Shown: positions 1 to 13,971, counted from the stretch's first letter. The stretch is 64,000 bases of DNA from Styela clava (GCF_964204865.1 NC_135259.1:15748001-15812000); one strand, 5' to 3'. Translations and numbers: made by a program. The notes: generated from the letters alone by a model not told the origin.

Positions 1-614
1 TGCAGGAGATCCATGCCACAGATTTGAACTTTGCCAATATGAAACTCGTCGACGATTTCACAGACAAGCTTGGCAACATCACATCCACTTCTGTTTAAAG
101 ACAAATTGTCGACCTGGAATATAATAATAGGGTAAATCGTATTTTTTGAATGCTTGAATGTTAAAACTGAACAAGAAGAACTTTCGTTCTATTGCAGTCA
201 CTCATGGACCTTATATGGATTATAATAAAAAAGGAAAAAAAACCTCTGCGGGCTTGCGAAGCGAATGTTAATATTTTATTGAATGTTTTCTTTCGACATG
301 ACTCGTTTTATTCACCTATTAGTATATCGCCAGAGATGTTTTGTAGGCTCGCAAAACTACAACTCAGATAGTGCATCACAAATCTTCATAAAAACCATTA
401 ATATTTTTATATTAATGTAATGAAAGACTTGACGATATGCAAATATCGGTGTGGTCATTTGTCAGCATATCCAATTTTGCCATTGTACATATTCCATCAC
501 AGTTCACATATAACCAACTTATAAGAGGTTTGTTGAGATTCGGTATGATTTTGGGGACAAGTAAATATGATCCCAAAGAATATATATGTGTTTGTTTCTG
601 AAAGTTGTACTCAC

Positions 615-3600
615 TCGTATGTTGTGTTGGTCTAATAACCTTTGTATGGTTTCTAATATTTTTTCGATTTCCAATTCACAGTTGCTATCAATAATGCAAT
701 ACATTATTCTAATCTCGCTTCCTGCTATGCTGGGGACTTTTTTTAGGAGATCTTGTAGAGCGTTTAGGTATTCACTCGAAAAACTCTGAATAGTCGCATT
801 TTGTATCTGTAATACAGAGTTTTTCATTTGTTATTGTGATCTCAATTCATTTATTACATGAGTATTATGAATGGGATTCCCTCGATAGTCAGTTTCTTAT
901 ACACAATGTGAACTGAATGTTATCGAAAAAGGCCATTGTAACTATGAGGAAGTACCCTAGTTGCCATACAATCTTGAGAGAAACGTAATAAATGGAGACT
1001 AAACGTGAAATAGTAATAAATCAGGCACTCTAAAGTAGTTGGAGTGCGGTCGTAGACAATTTTTGAGGGGGCTTAAAGCTAATGAAAGCAAAAACATTTG
1101 TTATAGGTGATCTTGCCCGCCTTTTTTGGATATTTACATTCCCTTATTTTGGATATTTACGTTCTATACACGTATTCCCACTTTTTTTTTTTGAATGAAA
1201 CATACTTTCAGCCTTACTGTATGTTATTTGTAGACTATTGTTAGCTAGGTATTTTTGAAGTGACTTTACAAATTCTAAAAATGGGGCGCGGCTTGAAAAG
1301 TTTGAGAACCACTTCTAACCACTAATTCATTAACAAAAACGGCAAAGAAAATCACTGATATCGATATTTTTTTTTTAATGGTCCAGTTCTAGGTTGAGTA
1401 AAATGAAAAAAAAATGACAACGTAATTACCAGTGGGATATGTGTAGCGAACGGAATGTCCTGCTGCCTGGCCAAAGCATTTTTTCTTTGTCCACTCGAAT
1501 TTGATTGAAGCGTTAAATTCACAAGCAATCCATTAGCGTTTAACTTCAGATTTGGAGTGCTCATGCTACGCCAAACCAAGGACAATTTTTCCCCAATTGA
1601 TTTGTCAATATATGCAACATTGAGTTCCAGAACCTGTAATGGTAATGAATGAGATTGAAAGCTCGGCTGCTCATTTTTGAGAGAGTACAAAACATGAGTA
1701 GGGTCAACCTTAGCGCTTGTACCAATTTTGGCGCACTCCAGCAAAACCAGGAATATGTGATGTAGCATTTTTCATTATAATAAAAACAATGAAGCAGTTG
1801 TGAAATATATGGGCACGAAGTTCGGGCATTAGTACCGGCACGATACGGTACGCCGATTTTTCTGTAACGATCTGCATCACATAAATCCACTCCGTGTCCA
1901 ATACATGTTTCAATTCATAATGACATTGTATACATCGCAGGATTTCTGCGGATTATACGTTATGTCGATATCATGTTCTCAGTACAAAAGCTTCACTAAT
2001 TATTATTGTTTACTATTTTTAATTTGTGACACCCAATGGTATTGATGTAACCACCAACTCATTCGTATTCTTTGACCTCATGTTGCACATTTATGTTTTC
2101 TAATATTCATCTCTATATATGAAGAATTAAATATTTCAGGTGATGATAATTTGAAAATTGCAAACAATTTAACAAACCTCTTCAGGATGATATTTCAGAG
2201 AAAGATGGTGTTTTCCAAGCCATACGTTTGGTGCTTTGATTCCCGTTACGATTTCAGCACAGAAAGTGGTTTCTTTCTTATATAAAAGAGATTCATAACC
2301 GTCTGTGTTACTCTCGACACCACGATAATTTACATATGGCGAATCATCTTTAACATCTTCAACGCCAAATAGGTAAGGAGTCTCCGAAGTCACACATACA
2401 GGTTCTTCCCATGGCAAATAGATGGATTCAACCTTGCGTAAAATAAATTAGAATATTTTTAGACGATAAATTATAGTCAATGAAAGTATAACGTTTCAAA
2501 TTGGTTAATTTAAAATTTTCATATAGAAATAACTTTCCATTACCTACCTCGTTATTATCATTAAATTCGACGACGATTTCAACTCCATTGAATGTCGCTT
2601 TCGTGCAACCTTGCTTTTCGAGAAATTTACGAAGAAAGGCGCACGTTTGGTATCCGGCATTATAATTGGCCACAATTTCAACTTCCTGTTAGATAGAAAT
2701 GAGTATACAATATTTTCAACAGACTTTAATGCAAGACAATAGGAGGGTTGCGATTTGATTTTTAGTAATGCAAAAAAATAATGGCGCTCACGTAGTATGT
2801 GAACCAAGATGGCGGACACCTGAACACAGTATGTGTACCAGGCTAGAGTTAGGCCATGATTTTATTCCAATTTTTCTTATTTTAATTCTATTACGAGTTC
2901 GGGGCTAGCCAAGTGACTCCCGTAGTATTTGTACCTGAAATTATGCCCTGACCCTAACCAGGTACACATACTACGTTCCGGTGTCCGCCATCTTGGTTCA
3001 CATACTACGGGAGTACCAAAAAAATTTTATAGCACCGGGAAAGTAACGATTTCAGACAAATTTGAGCTTTCCATAAGATATTATTCGTGTGATCTATCAC
3101 TGATCACGGAGGTGAAACCAATAGTGCTAGAGCTTCTACTTTAGTCTCAATCGTACATACATGTGTTACTTAACCCAATGATACATACCATCGACTTTTT
3201 TTTTTCGTCGGAATTTTCGTTGGTCAAATAGATTTGACATGATTGTTTCCCCAGATATACTGAATCATTGTGGCATAATATTTTGATGGATGCCACCTGA
3301 AATGATGAAAGTTTATACGTTTGCAATATGCTCCAAAAAAGTAAAATATTCACAAAAAAAAAGAAATCCAGCAGAGAAAAATGACTATCTCATCTTATTG
3401 TTGTTGTTGTTAAGAAACAAATCTAATTTTGGGGTAACTAATAAATCCGTTGGTTTTATTATGGCTAAAACTGCTAAAATTTTATTATATTTACTCAATA
3501 TTTTGCCAAGAACTTTGCGTTTTATTTAATACATGAAAACCCTCTTTTTATAAAAAATGAAAACACTTTATACATCCGCGCTCGTCTGCCTCTACACGGT

Positions 3601-6600
3601 TGTCCACCGATATTTGCGGCAAACTCAATACATAGCTAGGCAGCTCATGTCTTATCGTACATGTACCGACTGCGCGACATTTGTGGCCATATAATTACCG
3701 GTAATTTTGCTTTCGTCATCTCACTCAGTGCTGAATCCAATGTTGCAGCGTGTCTAAGATTTATGGATGAATTTTTTTTCTTCATTGAAAGGTGTGCTAT
3801 TCCTTCAAACTCTTCAGCAGTTACTGCCTGACTATCATCTCGAGAAACCTGAAGGTTGTTTGGATCACTGTTAATACCTTGAAAGTTCGTGACCAAGATG
3901 GGGATCAAAATAAATGTAAGAAAGGCTGATGATAAAAATCATAAAAGTTTTTGTTTTATTTTTTCAAATACCTTTATTTTATAAAATATATAAGAATCTT
4001 ACACTGAGAGTGCGAAGATTAATTTCGCTATTATTTATCGACAGCTTTTCAACGCTGATTTTTTCGAGCAAGGCAGCGACATATTCCATGCGACGAACTG
4101 CTTTTCGACCAATTATTATTGATTTCACCTGTGTACCAAAATATAGAATAATTCAGACACAGTTATCAAATTTATGTATTTACTCCAGGCCTCCAAGACA
4201 AAACAGTGACTAAATGGTCCAATTGACAACAAACTGGTCTGCTTAAATATCAAAAATATTAGTCGTGAGTAAATCGAAGGCAGCCATCAGCTATGCCATC
4301 TTTTTTGAAAAAAAAGTTTTTGCTTACGACTTGTACACGTGCATAATTCTCTTACTTACCTAGAGATAAACGCTATTTTTAAAATTTAATATTTACTGTA
4401 CTAAAAACTTGCACATGAGTCTGAATACTTCTTATTTAGGCGTGCGGAAAACATGTCGAGAATACAAATGTTGAAAATTTAAAATATAAACCTTGCTCAT
4501 ACGCTTGTTTGTCTTGCGGCTGAACATTGTTATAAAATCTTCAGACAATTCACATTCAATGTGTAATTCTTCGGTTCTCCCAAAGTTCAAAATAGTGCAA
4601 AAATTTTCGACATATGTTGGGCTTCTGTGCATCTTGATAATTATGTTTGCTGACATTCCCTGTTAGAACAACACCGCAAGGTTCAATACGAAAATCGTGA
4701 ATCGGTACCGGTATGAGGATGCGTGCAAGTAGCCTGTTTGTCAAACAATCGTCGCACTAGCAATCCGGATGCTGGCGTAAAGAGGTAATTAGAAATGCTG
4801 TGAAATACCATTTTTAATGAGGATCAGAGGTAATAAGGTATCCTTTAAGCGACTTCTCTGAGTAATTGAAAATTAAATCGATTACTCCATTAGATACGAG
4901 TGAAAGCGGCTTTTTGGTAAACAACAACAACAATACGCCCAATAAAAAATAAAAAAATTCAACGACAAAAATTTAGCAAGCAGTCCATATGACCACGTGG
5001 TGTGACAAAAAAACTAATGATCTAGTTATTATCGTTTCCTAAAATAAGATGGTGATAATCCTACAGTCATAACATAATGTACATTGCTAGCCTAAGAATC
5101 GCATCCATAATAGTTTTAATTAAGAATAGTAGCTGTGATGCATATGTATATTTGAACATATTCTATATTTGCCAGCTTGCCAAAACTTTTGTGCGAACTA
5201 TATCAACTAGCAATTTTGAGAATAAAACGGTATGTATACCAAACATCTCTCTACTCCGAAGTGAATTTTCAAAAAGAAAATCTATCCTAATACGCAGAAT
5301 TACTAGTACTTTTTGTATCATTTACCTGACCGCATATTTGTGCATTCCAAGAGTCATATTTCACGGACGATACATCTGCATCTACACAGAGTTTCCAAAA
5401 GTCAGCAAAAGTGTGGTTGTCAATTTCTTCGACAACATTAATACGTTTTACCTGAATGCATAAAATATATCGTTGACTTGATTTATTTTCCGACAACTTC
5501 AACTAATTAACCTACCGGCATACATATATGATATTTTGAATTATTGATCTAATTGCAAATTAAAATGACTGATCAATATATTTCAGCACGTGCTTTCTAT
5601 TTCAGAAGTCTCGTCTTGATTGCCCAATTCTAAAACAGTAATTTTCAACACTCGGAACACCAGGAGGTCTTTTACGAAACACTATTGCAACGCAGTATAT
5701 GATTATATTTTAACTTTTCGAAACCCTGGTTAAAAAAACACTGGGATAAACTTTTTAGGACGCCTGAATGAACAATTTTTAAAACTGTTTCTAATATTTC
5801 ATCGTTTCTGCGAGTAATCAGAATCGCCTCATTGTTGGATTTTTGAGATTATACGTTCATAGAGTAACAATAACCAGGTACATAGAGCTACTACAATTAG
5901 GTTAGACGTGCGATGTGAACGATACTATAACGTGGCAGCAAGCTGGAAACAATAAAAGAGACATTTCATGTAAAAACTTTGACCATGCAACATTAAAACA
6001 CTGTGTGGGTTAAGTATCTTATGAAAGCAAAGGTACAGTGGTGTGACCCAAAAATCTGAACCCTGGGTCTTTTGGAACCTTTTTCCCATGGAACATGATC
6101 ATTTCAGGGGATGAATATGCGCAAAGGGATTAGTCAACTTTTTGCGTGAACAGAGTGGTTCACGATTTACGAATCGGGTGTCCATTCTTCTTATCGTATA
6201 GTAAAGTTAACAATACATTATGATAAAACTTTAACATAAAACTATAATTCAGTATAGTTTGTAATTTAAAATCGACCATCGTGTGTGAAGCCACACCCAC
6301 TGGAGTTTATTGCTTTTCTGCGATTCGGATAACTTTGATTGGGTCGCATTGCCTAATTCCATTTACGGTCCAGTGATTTTGGCTTATTGCAGGCTCTGAG
6401 AGGTCTTATTAAGAATCTAAAGACATGACATAGGCATGGCTGGAAAAATTATTCGGCTCATTTTTAGGAAGATTTCTTTTTTCTCCTACTCCTCCCCCAG
6501 TCACGGTCCATTGATTTTGGCTTATTGCAGCCTCTGGAAGGTCTTATTAGAAATCTAAAGCAGTGTTCTTCAACCTTTTTATCGTGGTATACCCTTAACA

Positions 6601-9600
6601 ATTTTTCAAGAACTTGGCATACCTTACAAATACCATTGTTTATTTAAGGCTTAAATAAACATTAAATTTAAAGCACATATTGTACAGCAAATATCATCAT
6701 GAATCTAATAGGCTAGTGTCCGCAAACTATAAATTTGACTGACGGCCTTAACGTCAACGGGAATAATGTTTAACGCAAATTAAACGAAGTGCAAGGCAGC
6801 CGAAATCACCAACCCTTATTATCTATATATTTTGTGATGTAACAATGTGCTCAAGTCGATTCTTTGTGTAAACGACATTTTATATTTCATGTGCGCCGCG
6901 TTAGCATTGTTGTCGGCAACCCATGGCCCGCGGGCCGGATCCGGCCCGTGACGCTTCATCGAATTATAGTAACAAAACAGCTATTTTGGCAATTTTATTC
7001 TTTACGTAACATAATTTATTGTTAGACACGTGTGGACTAAACTATATTATAATCTAAAGAGTATTTAATTCACAATCACTCCTTTAATAAGCCTATAAAT
7101 TGATTATAATTAGACAAATGATTCAATGACGCAGAAAATATTCAAAGGGAAATTTTTTAGATGCAATGCAATGAGGAAATAAATCTATATTATATTAGAG
7201 AGATGTGCCAGTGCTTGATCTCTATTTCAAAAAGAATAATCTTTTGGTTTTAAATTTCTAAAAATAGGTATAGCCCGCCAATGACTTGCAGCCCTTCATT
7301 TTGGCCCGCGAGCGACAAAAGGTTGCCGCCCCCTGCTGTACACCCTTTGTATATCCTATCCAACTTATGGTCCGGTATACACTTGGGTATATCGAATACC
7401 CGGTTGAAGAGCACTGATCTAAAGACATCGGCATAGCTGGAAAAATTATTTGAATCATTTTTAAAAGAATTGTTTTTCTTCCACGCCATCGTCACGCTCC
7501 AGTGATTTTATATTATATCCGACAATGGTAATAAGTGAAGCTGCCGTATTTGGGTTATACGAGGTAATTGAGGTAAAGTTGATGACAAAAAATAATTTCA
7601 CGGTTGAGTGATCACAGACCCCCAAATTGATAAAACTCGACTTCCATTAGGAGTGATCGGTTTATGATGGGTTATTGATACTAACGGTCAAAATAGTTCG
7701 GGGGGCATCGCACCGGACAAATTTTCGCCTTACGTCCGGCGCAAAATCTTCGTGCGTCCATCGAACACCAAACGGGCGTTCGCTTTTTACTTTGTCTAAA
7801 ACTTTTCCCTACAATTCCCTTCGCGGGTAACGACGTAGTAAGAGCGACGACCTCTTCTGGATAAGGTTATAGGCCAAAACCAATCTTTGAGTTTGCTTAG
7901 TATTAATTAAATTATAAATTTGAATGTATTGCGTTATATGCTTCACAATTGAGTTTCACGATTAGAAAGGAAAACAAAGAATATTTATCACTTACCTTGA
8001 TCATTGGGAACTCACGCAACATCGGCAATGAAAAAGAATCGACTTCAAGTTCTCCGAATTCAAGTAACGTTAGATTTTTGCTGGGGCCGAATAGGCTTAA
8101 TACAATGTTGCCATTGCTGGAATCCACGCTTTTGTCCAGTTTTACTTGTTGTATTCGAGACGCGTATTTTTGTTTACATTTTCTATCGCACTCATGAAGA
8201 AGGATAATTTTTTCCATTTCTGTAATCTTTTTCCCCAATTTCTTCAGCAGAGATTCAAAAACGAAACTACGTTTAGTTTTTATGTCGTCTTGTGTAATTG
8301 CTGAAATAAAAAAAATTGTGAGCTCACAAATAGAGTTGACAAAATTAGTTCCAGTTAATTCTAGTATAAACGCCCATTACATAATTCGAGTAAGTTGATC
8401 GGAAGATGTTATATTCAATCAAATAGTCTACTAGTGTAGCCGCCCTATTTGTGTTACGAATCCTTTGTCGGCTTAGATTTATTGATTCATTTCATCTAAT
8501 GACTTTTTGGTTGGAGCAGATGAGGGCATCTTGGATTTTATAAACTTGGGAAAAAATATTTTGGTCGAGATGAAGCACCGGAAATTATTCGTAACCGCTG
8601 TTTTTATTTTATTTCATGTGATATCACGGCTTCTCGAGTATGGACACTGACTAATCAAATACATAAATTAAAAATAATTAAAAAACCAGTACAAACCGTC
8701 TGGTGTCATTTTCGAAACTACTTTGATATGCTGGTCGTCTAAAATCAATCCACAAACAAAATTTCGCACTCCAAACATTTCTGATTTTCTGAAATCTTGT
8801 TCCAAAATTTTCTCAAATTTGTCTCTGGGCATACCAATCACGAATATTGCAGCTAAAAAGTCCTAGATTAAAAAATCAGAAAAAAATGTCACCGCAAAGT
8901 ACCAAAATTTGTATGAAAAAAAAATAGATTACCCCATATTAAAACATATATATATATATGAATATTTCTATATTTTTCGTCGTTTTGAAAAATTTCATTT
9001 CAGTTTTCAAGAATAGGAATGTTTACAAAAGACATTCACATACAGGGAAATACTCATCTTTACAAATATGGGCATCGAAATATGTCACAAAGAGTCATCG
9101 GTTTATTATCATCGATTCAGAAATGCGCAATAGAGATTTTTAACGGAAGAGCTGAAATCAATACACTGCAATGTGAGAGGTTTCAAGTTATTTATTGTCA
9201 AAAGAGATTGAATAATGTCCATGCCTCAAAATGAGGTTATTGTTCTATTTTAATTTTAAACACCATCGCTGAAATATATTAAAATAAATTCTCACCTGAA
9301 TCGGTTTGTGAAATGTGTGAAAAGAATAGCATAACTCTTCTTTTGTTATATGTTGCATACATGGTTGTAATACTGCCTTTGCATTCACGAGATCTCGAAT
9401 GTTTCTAGGGTTAAAGGTGAACTGACACTTTTGACGATTCATTGGAACGTTACCTCTTAATAGACTATCGTAAGCAAAGGATCCCATAGATTTAAAAGAG
9501 TCTGTGTCGCGCCCAGTATGATGAATGGAGGTTCGAAATCGTTCACTAACTCCTACCATAACAGATGTCAAACTATGTAAGTCGTATTCTTTGTCAACGC

Positions 9601-12600
9601 TTATATCCATTAAAAATTTATGAAACATAGGGGTTTTACTAAGCATGATTATTTGCGGGAATTTTCGACAAAGATTTTCGAATGAGTTCATCACGTTTTT
9701 GTCTGGAATAATATTTTTGGTGAGTTCCCTTGAAACGCGTTCTGAATATCCCGATATTTGAACAGTTTTATAGTTTCTTTCGTTCATGGGAGTTGGGATT
9801 TTCCAAATGCCTTCCCATCTTGTCGTTGCCAACACCCACATGCCTTTATAAATATCGCCTTGAAGTATATTCAGAAGCGTCGTGTAAGATGTGGCCTTTA
9901 CTGAGTGTCCTATTTTTGAATATTGCCTGCGTTCTATTTTAGTTCGGGTAACCTTTTCTAATCCATCCAAAATAAGCAGAATTTTGTCACAGTTTTTGCT
10001 GACCCACCCTCGGCCCGATTCTATGCAGTTTTCTAAGGATCCATCTGAATCATTTTGAACAAAAATTGTTTCAAATGCAATACCCTGGCAGTTGTATATC
10101 TTTGCGCAGTCAATGTAGTGTATCATCTCGACATTGTTCAAGCCTTTCACCTTTTTGTTAAGCACAAGGTCAGCGTATCGCAGAGCAGATATGGTTTTTC
10201 CTTGTCCAGCACCACCGACTATTATGGTGCGGTTGTGGTTACTACTCTGTAATTCTAACAGTTCGTCTAATCCAAGAGCAGTCTCAAAATTGTAATGAAC
10301 ACTTCCCCGGGATTGTTTGGCTTTACCCAAGTCTATTAATATGAACTCTGTATCCCCGAACATGTGATCAGCTTGTAAGATTTTTCGAATGTGTTCCCGG
10401 GTTGCTTTATTAACAGACTCTTTGTAATCGTCTGAAATTAGGTAGAATTTCAGTTGAACTTAACTTTGAATAGTCGCAGAGCATGCCATTGACTATTCCA
10501 AAAAAGGTTCGAATTATGGCCCAATTTACCAATAATCTTTTCAAAATACAGTAGATCCTTGTTATTGGACAATGAGTAAAACACCTAAAAAAAAACTAAA
10601 CGAAAGGCTGTAGCCATAAACTTTCGCTTGTTAATTTGTCGAAGCGATTTGGGTGCTACTTCGGGAGGCGATCCCAGTGTCATAAAACTACCTTGGTACA
10701 TGATCTCAATCCCATAAATACATTCTCATGGAATTCAGTCCATAACCCTAACTCTATCACCGTTGGGTTATGGTAAGGTAGTACAAAAATCGAAACTCCC
10801 GAAGTATGTGAACCAGGATGGCGGACACCGGACCAGAGTAGGGTTAGGCAATAATTTTATTCCAATTTTTCTTATTTTAGTTTCATTACGAGTTCGAGGA
10901 CTAGGGGACACATAATACTTTCCGGTGTCCGTCTTGTTATTTTACATACTTCGGGAGTACCAAAAAATTACTGTGCCCTGAGATCGCAATTTGCTGTGCC
11001 AAACAATAATCAAATTTCACAAATCAGAAGAGTGCGTGATGCACTCAAAATCTCTATTAAGTTTAAGCATTTACCTGCTAGTCTTTGTAAATATTTCTCA
11101 TTCGCCGCAGTCACAGAGTCCTAAAAATGAAAAGCGTTAAATGTATAGTCGGAAACGTGACACAAAAACTCATTAAAAAACGTTATTCAAACATGTAAAA
11201 AACAGTATTGATGTCGCATAGTTAATTAATTCATGATAAATATAGTGTTGATCACAACCGGTAAAACTCATGATATTGAGCTTGCATTCCGGCTTACTTT
11301 TTTGTATCATACAAAATATTACTTTTCCTGTCACTTGGAAAGTTCAGGATATGTGTGAATTTCAAAAACGAAAAAAAACGCTCTCCAACAACGACTCCGG
11401 TTATGATTTCCATCTCCAGATTGACAAAAAATTCATGCTGACACACAATTTACGTACTTCGGGATAGTAGAATTTTGAATAGAAGGAGTGTGACGTATAA
11501 AATCTTTTTTATTTCAATAGAATAATTTAATCACGCATATATATTCTATAACTCCGAATCTTGACTCTGGGAAATTACTCAGGCCTATTTATGATTACAT
11601 AAAATTTTAAAACATGGCTTTGGCCGCAGCTCGAAAAATAGCCAAATTTCGACATTTCTCACAACCATCGCTGGGATAAAGATAAATGGCTTCCAGTTCA
11701 AAATTATCAGTCACCAAACTGAGTCTCACTTCCCATAGATGTTATGTTATACGGATTGGTATTTTTGCACTTCAAACGAGTTTCTCAATTATGGAATAAA
11801 AATCCTTTGTTGCGACTTCTACTTTCTCTTTATTTTTGTTGGGACAATTCCTTCAAATGCAAGAAGTCATGGGGTACCTCATAGCTCTTTAGCCAAAACT
11901 GTTTTACCCAATCAATCACTAACTCATAATTTTGCATTATTTCATTTATATATAAATATTAAACACATGTTAAACTATTCAATATTACCTTTGTTTCGTC
12001 ATCGTGTTCTCTGGATTCTGCTGGTTCCATTCCTGTAAGACGAAAATATAAAAGTGTTTAACGGCGCTTCAGCGTTTATCAAGATCGCTAAAAGGCGAAT
12101 ACGGAAACAATCTTGTTCGAAGATCGAAAAAAAAATGGTTGGATTCCCATATTGAACTATTTTGGAGGCGTTTATTCCTCGCTCATTAGGTATAAAAACT
12201 ACTTTATTTATTCAATTTATAGTGAATCCTTAGCGGGAGTTGCGCGAAAAGCGCAATACCGTTTTTGCACAGTATATTATGTGTTCATAAATAGGTATTA
12301 TTCTATTACAGTAATGAAAAAACTGAAGAATGTTAGTAACATTATAGCGAATACAAAGCAAAATTTCTTCCCAAATACGGCAGAATTCCCCCCGATTGGA
12401 AACGTTGATGTAGGACATTCGATGTATTAAAACAACCTATATAAAATGCATGTGTAAAAAATAAGATTGCGCGACATTTTGGAATCACGATTTCCTGAAT
12501 AAATGGGTATTGAAGTAACCTATCTAAGAATTTTTTAACCTAATTCATATTTCTATAGAAAAAAATGTAATAAAATTCTTCGCAATCAACTTTAATAAAA

Positions 12601-13796
12601 AATATTATCCTAAATAACAAGCAAAACTGCCTGAAAGTTATCAAATTACGTGTATTAGGTCTTATAATGGACAGAATTTTTGACAAAGGTTCATACCGTG
12701 TCCTATTCCCTCTTAGGTACATACAATACAAAATGAAAACGATAGCGAAAGCTATTCAAAACAAATTTTGTTGTTCATACAACATGATTTTAGCGATGAA
12801 ATAGTTTCAATGCCAACAAAGAGATAGATGGTTTTTGAGAGAGAGTTCGAATCATATCCTGTATCATGCATTCAACGTTTTGTGTGCCCAGCACTAAGCG
12901 TGAATGAATGAAAACAAAATAATGGAATCAAAGAGTTTGTAACAGGAAGCATCTGCTTAATGCTGATCGAGTTATATATTTGTTTTGAAGATTTGAAGAT
13001 GTATTCTATCAATTCGGCACAACTACCGTTGAAACACAATTTTGGCTGAGGACTACTTGTTCACCAGAATCGACCAGCGAAATAGTCATATAACACACAA
13101 TTTTTAAAAACCGCAAAATTTAGGGTAAAACAACAACAGCAACAACAACAACAACAATAACAGTAATCTATTCCACAACGACAATTTAGACGAACGATTC
13201 ATATGCTCATTTGCCCAATTTGAATATAATAACACAAAATGCTTGAAAGCAGACTTACCCGGAGGAGCAGGTTCAACTGTGTATATATTTACAGGTCCCT
13301 GATGAACATATTGTTGTCCAATAACTGGTTGATGCTGATTAATGTTGTTTGTAATCTTTACCTATAAATATATGAATATACATTATATAAATATATATTT
13401 AAAAATCTATTTACGCATTACATAGTTTGCCAACAATTATTAGCCATTACTTTAGAATTGTATTTTTGTGACATATGCAACTTTATATGCCTTAATATCC
13501 CCTTGAATGACATTTATTCAATTAAATCTATTCTATTCGGCGACTTTAAGAATTGATCTACAAAAGTTGTTGGAATTTGCAGTTGTTTTACGTTACCCAG
13601 AGCAGACAGATGGATTTTAAAATGGCGGATATGAAGAAGTTTTGAAAACAATTACAATTTTAACAAAATATGATGTGGTTTCCAAATTGTTTATGCTTAA
13701 CTTACAGATAATTTCGACTTACACGTTCGGTAGGCTTTTGTGTTTCTTCCCGTTCTGACACATTCGGTTGGTCATGAATCTTTGAGAGGTGTGCGG
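615..13796 (-). CDS. NLR-like (NACHT NTPase) gene 1, multi-exon; 5' end and last exon unresolved
   Basis: Phase-compatible GT-AG exons (minus): 13723-13796, 13259-13361, 11989-12032, 11075-11120, 9296-10431 (NACHT), 8697-8862, 7996-8300, 5326-5451, 4492-4659, 4003-4128, 3699-3848, 3189-3296, 2548-2685, 2178-2432, 1430-1633, 615-806. Splicing gives the winged-helix motif FHKPIQ|DFLAA, then VRNFVCGL and IILLHEC (HD2). The C-terminal phase-0 exons of 108-255 nt are less certain. Confidence 0.75.
2782..3018. mobile_element. MITE/foldback repeat with ~80-bp imperfect terminal inverted repeats (GGTACTCCCGTAGTATGTGAACCAAGATGGCGGACAC family)
   Basis: Left arm ...cgtagtatgtgaaccaagatggcggacacc... is the reverse complement of the right arm ...ggtgtccgccatcttggttcacatactacgggagtacca. 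Related copies at ~10791-10962, ~13972-14112, ~21290-21371, ~41880-41946 and ~58059-58170. Confidence 0.8.
6363..7510 (+). repeat. ~140-bp tandem repeat (about 2 copies), second copy interrupted by a hAT element
   Basis: Unit cggtccagtgattttggcttattgcag...aatctaaagacat...gctggaaaaattatt starts at ~6363 and ~6501. The second unit resumes at 7417 after the insertion. Confidence 0.7.
6561..7416. mobile_element. Non-autonomous hAT transposon with a nested second hAT MITE (~6905-7335)
   Basis: TIRs CAGTGTTCTTCAACC / GGTTGAAGAGCACTG; exact 8-bp TSD ATCTAAAG (6553-6560 and 7417-7424). Inner element has gtcggcaacc...ggcccgcgggccggatccggccc and ends ggttgccgccccctg. Confidence 0.85.
9296..10431 (-). 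CDS. NACHT domain exon of NLR-like gene 1
   Basis: ORF 9245..10363 extended to the acceptor at 10431. Walker A TIIVGGAGQGKT, Walker B LLILDGLEK, sensor-1 VLATTR, VQISGYS, KTPMF (HD1). Ends at the CAG|GTGAGA donor. Confidence 0.92.
10791..10962. mobile_element. MITE copy (same family as 2782-3018)
   Basis: ctcccgaagtatgtgaaccaggatggcggacaccgg ... acatacttcgggagtacca. Confidence 0.7.
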
Positions 13797-13840
13797 CTGT
13801 TCAACGATATGATAAATTGGAAATTAATAGTGTTCCATTA

Positions 13841-13914
13841 AAAATACATATAAATCCTTGATGAAATGATCATCCCCTATGATGATCATTTCATCAAGGA
13901 TTTATATGTATTTT
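13841..13914. repeat. Perfect 34-bp inverted repeat with 6-nt loop
   Basis: aaaatacatataaatccttgatgaaatgatcatc-ccctat-gatgatcatttcatcaaggatttatatgtatttt. Confidence 0.95.
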
Positions 13915-13971
13915 AAGTTATATGTAAACGTAACAAAATATAAATAACGCATTTATACAAAGATCGCTATT

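Noticed and set aside
13121-13165. (CAA)n tract that could encode polyQ/N near the amyloid-like exon
   Set aside because: Intronic microsatellite, and it reads on the strand opposite to gene 1.
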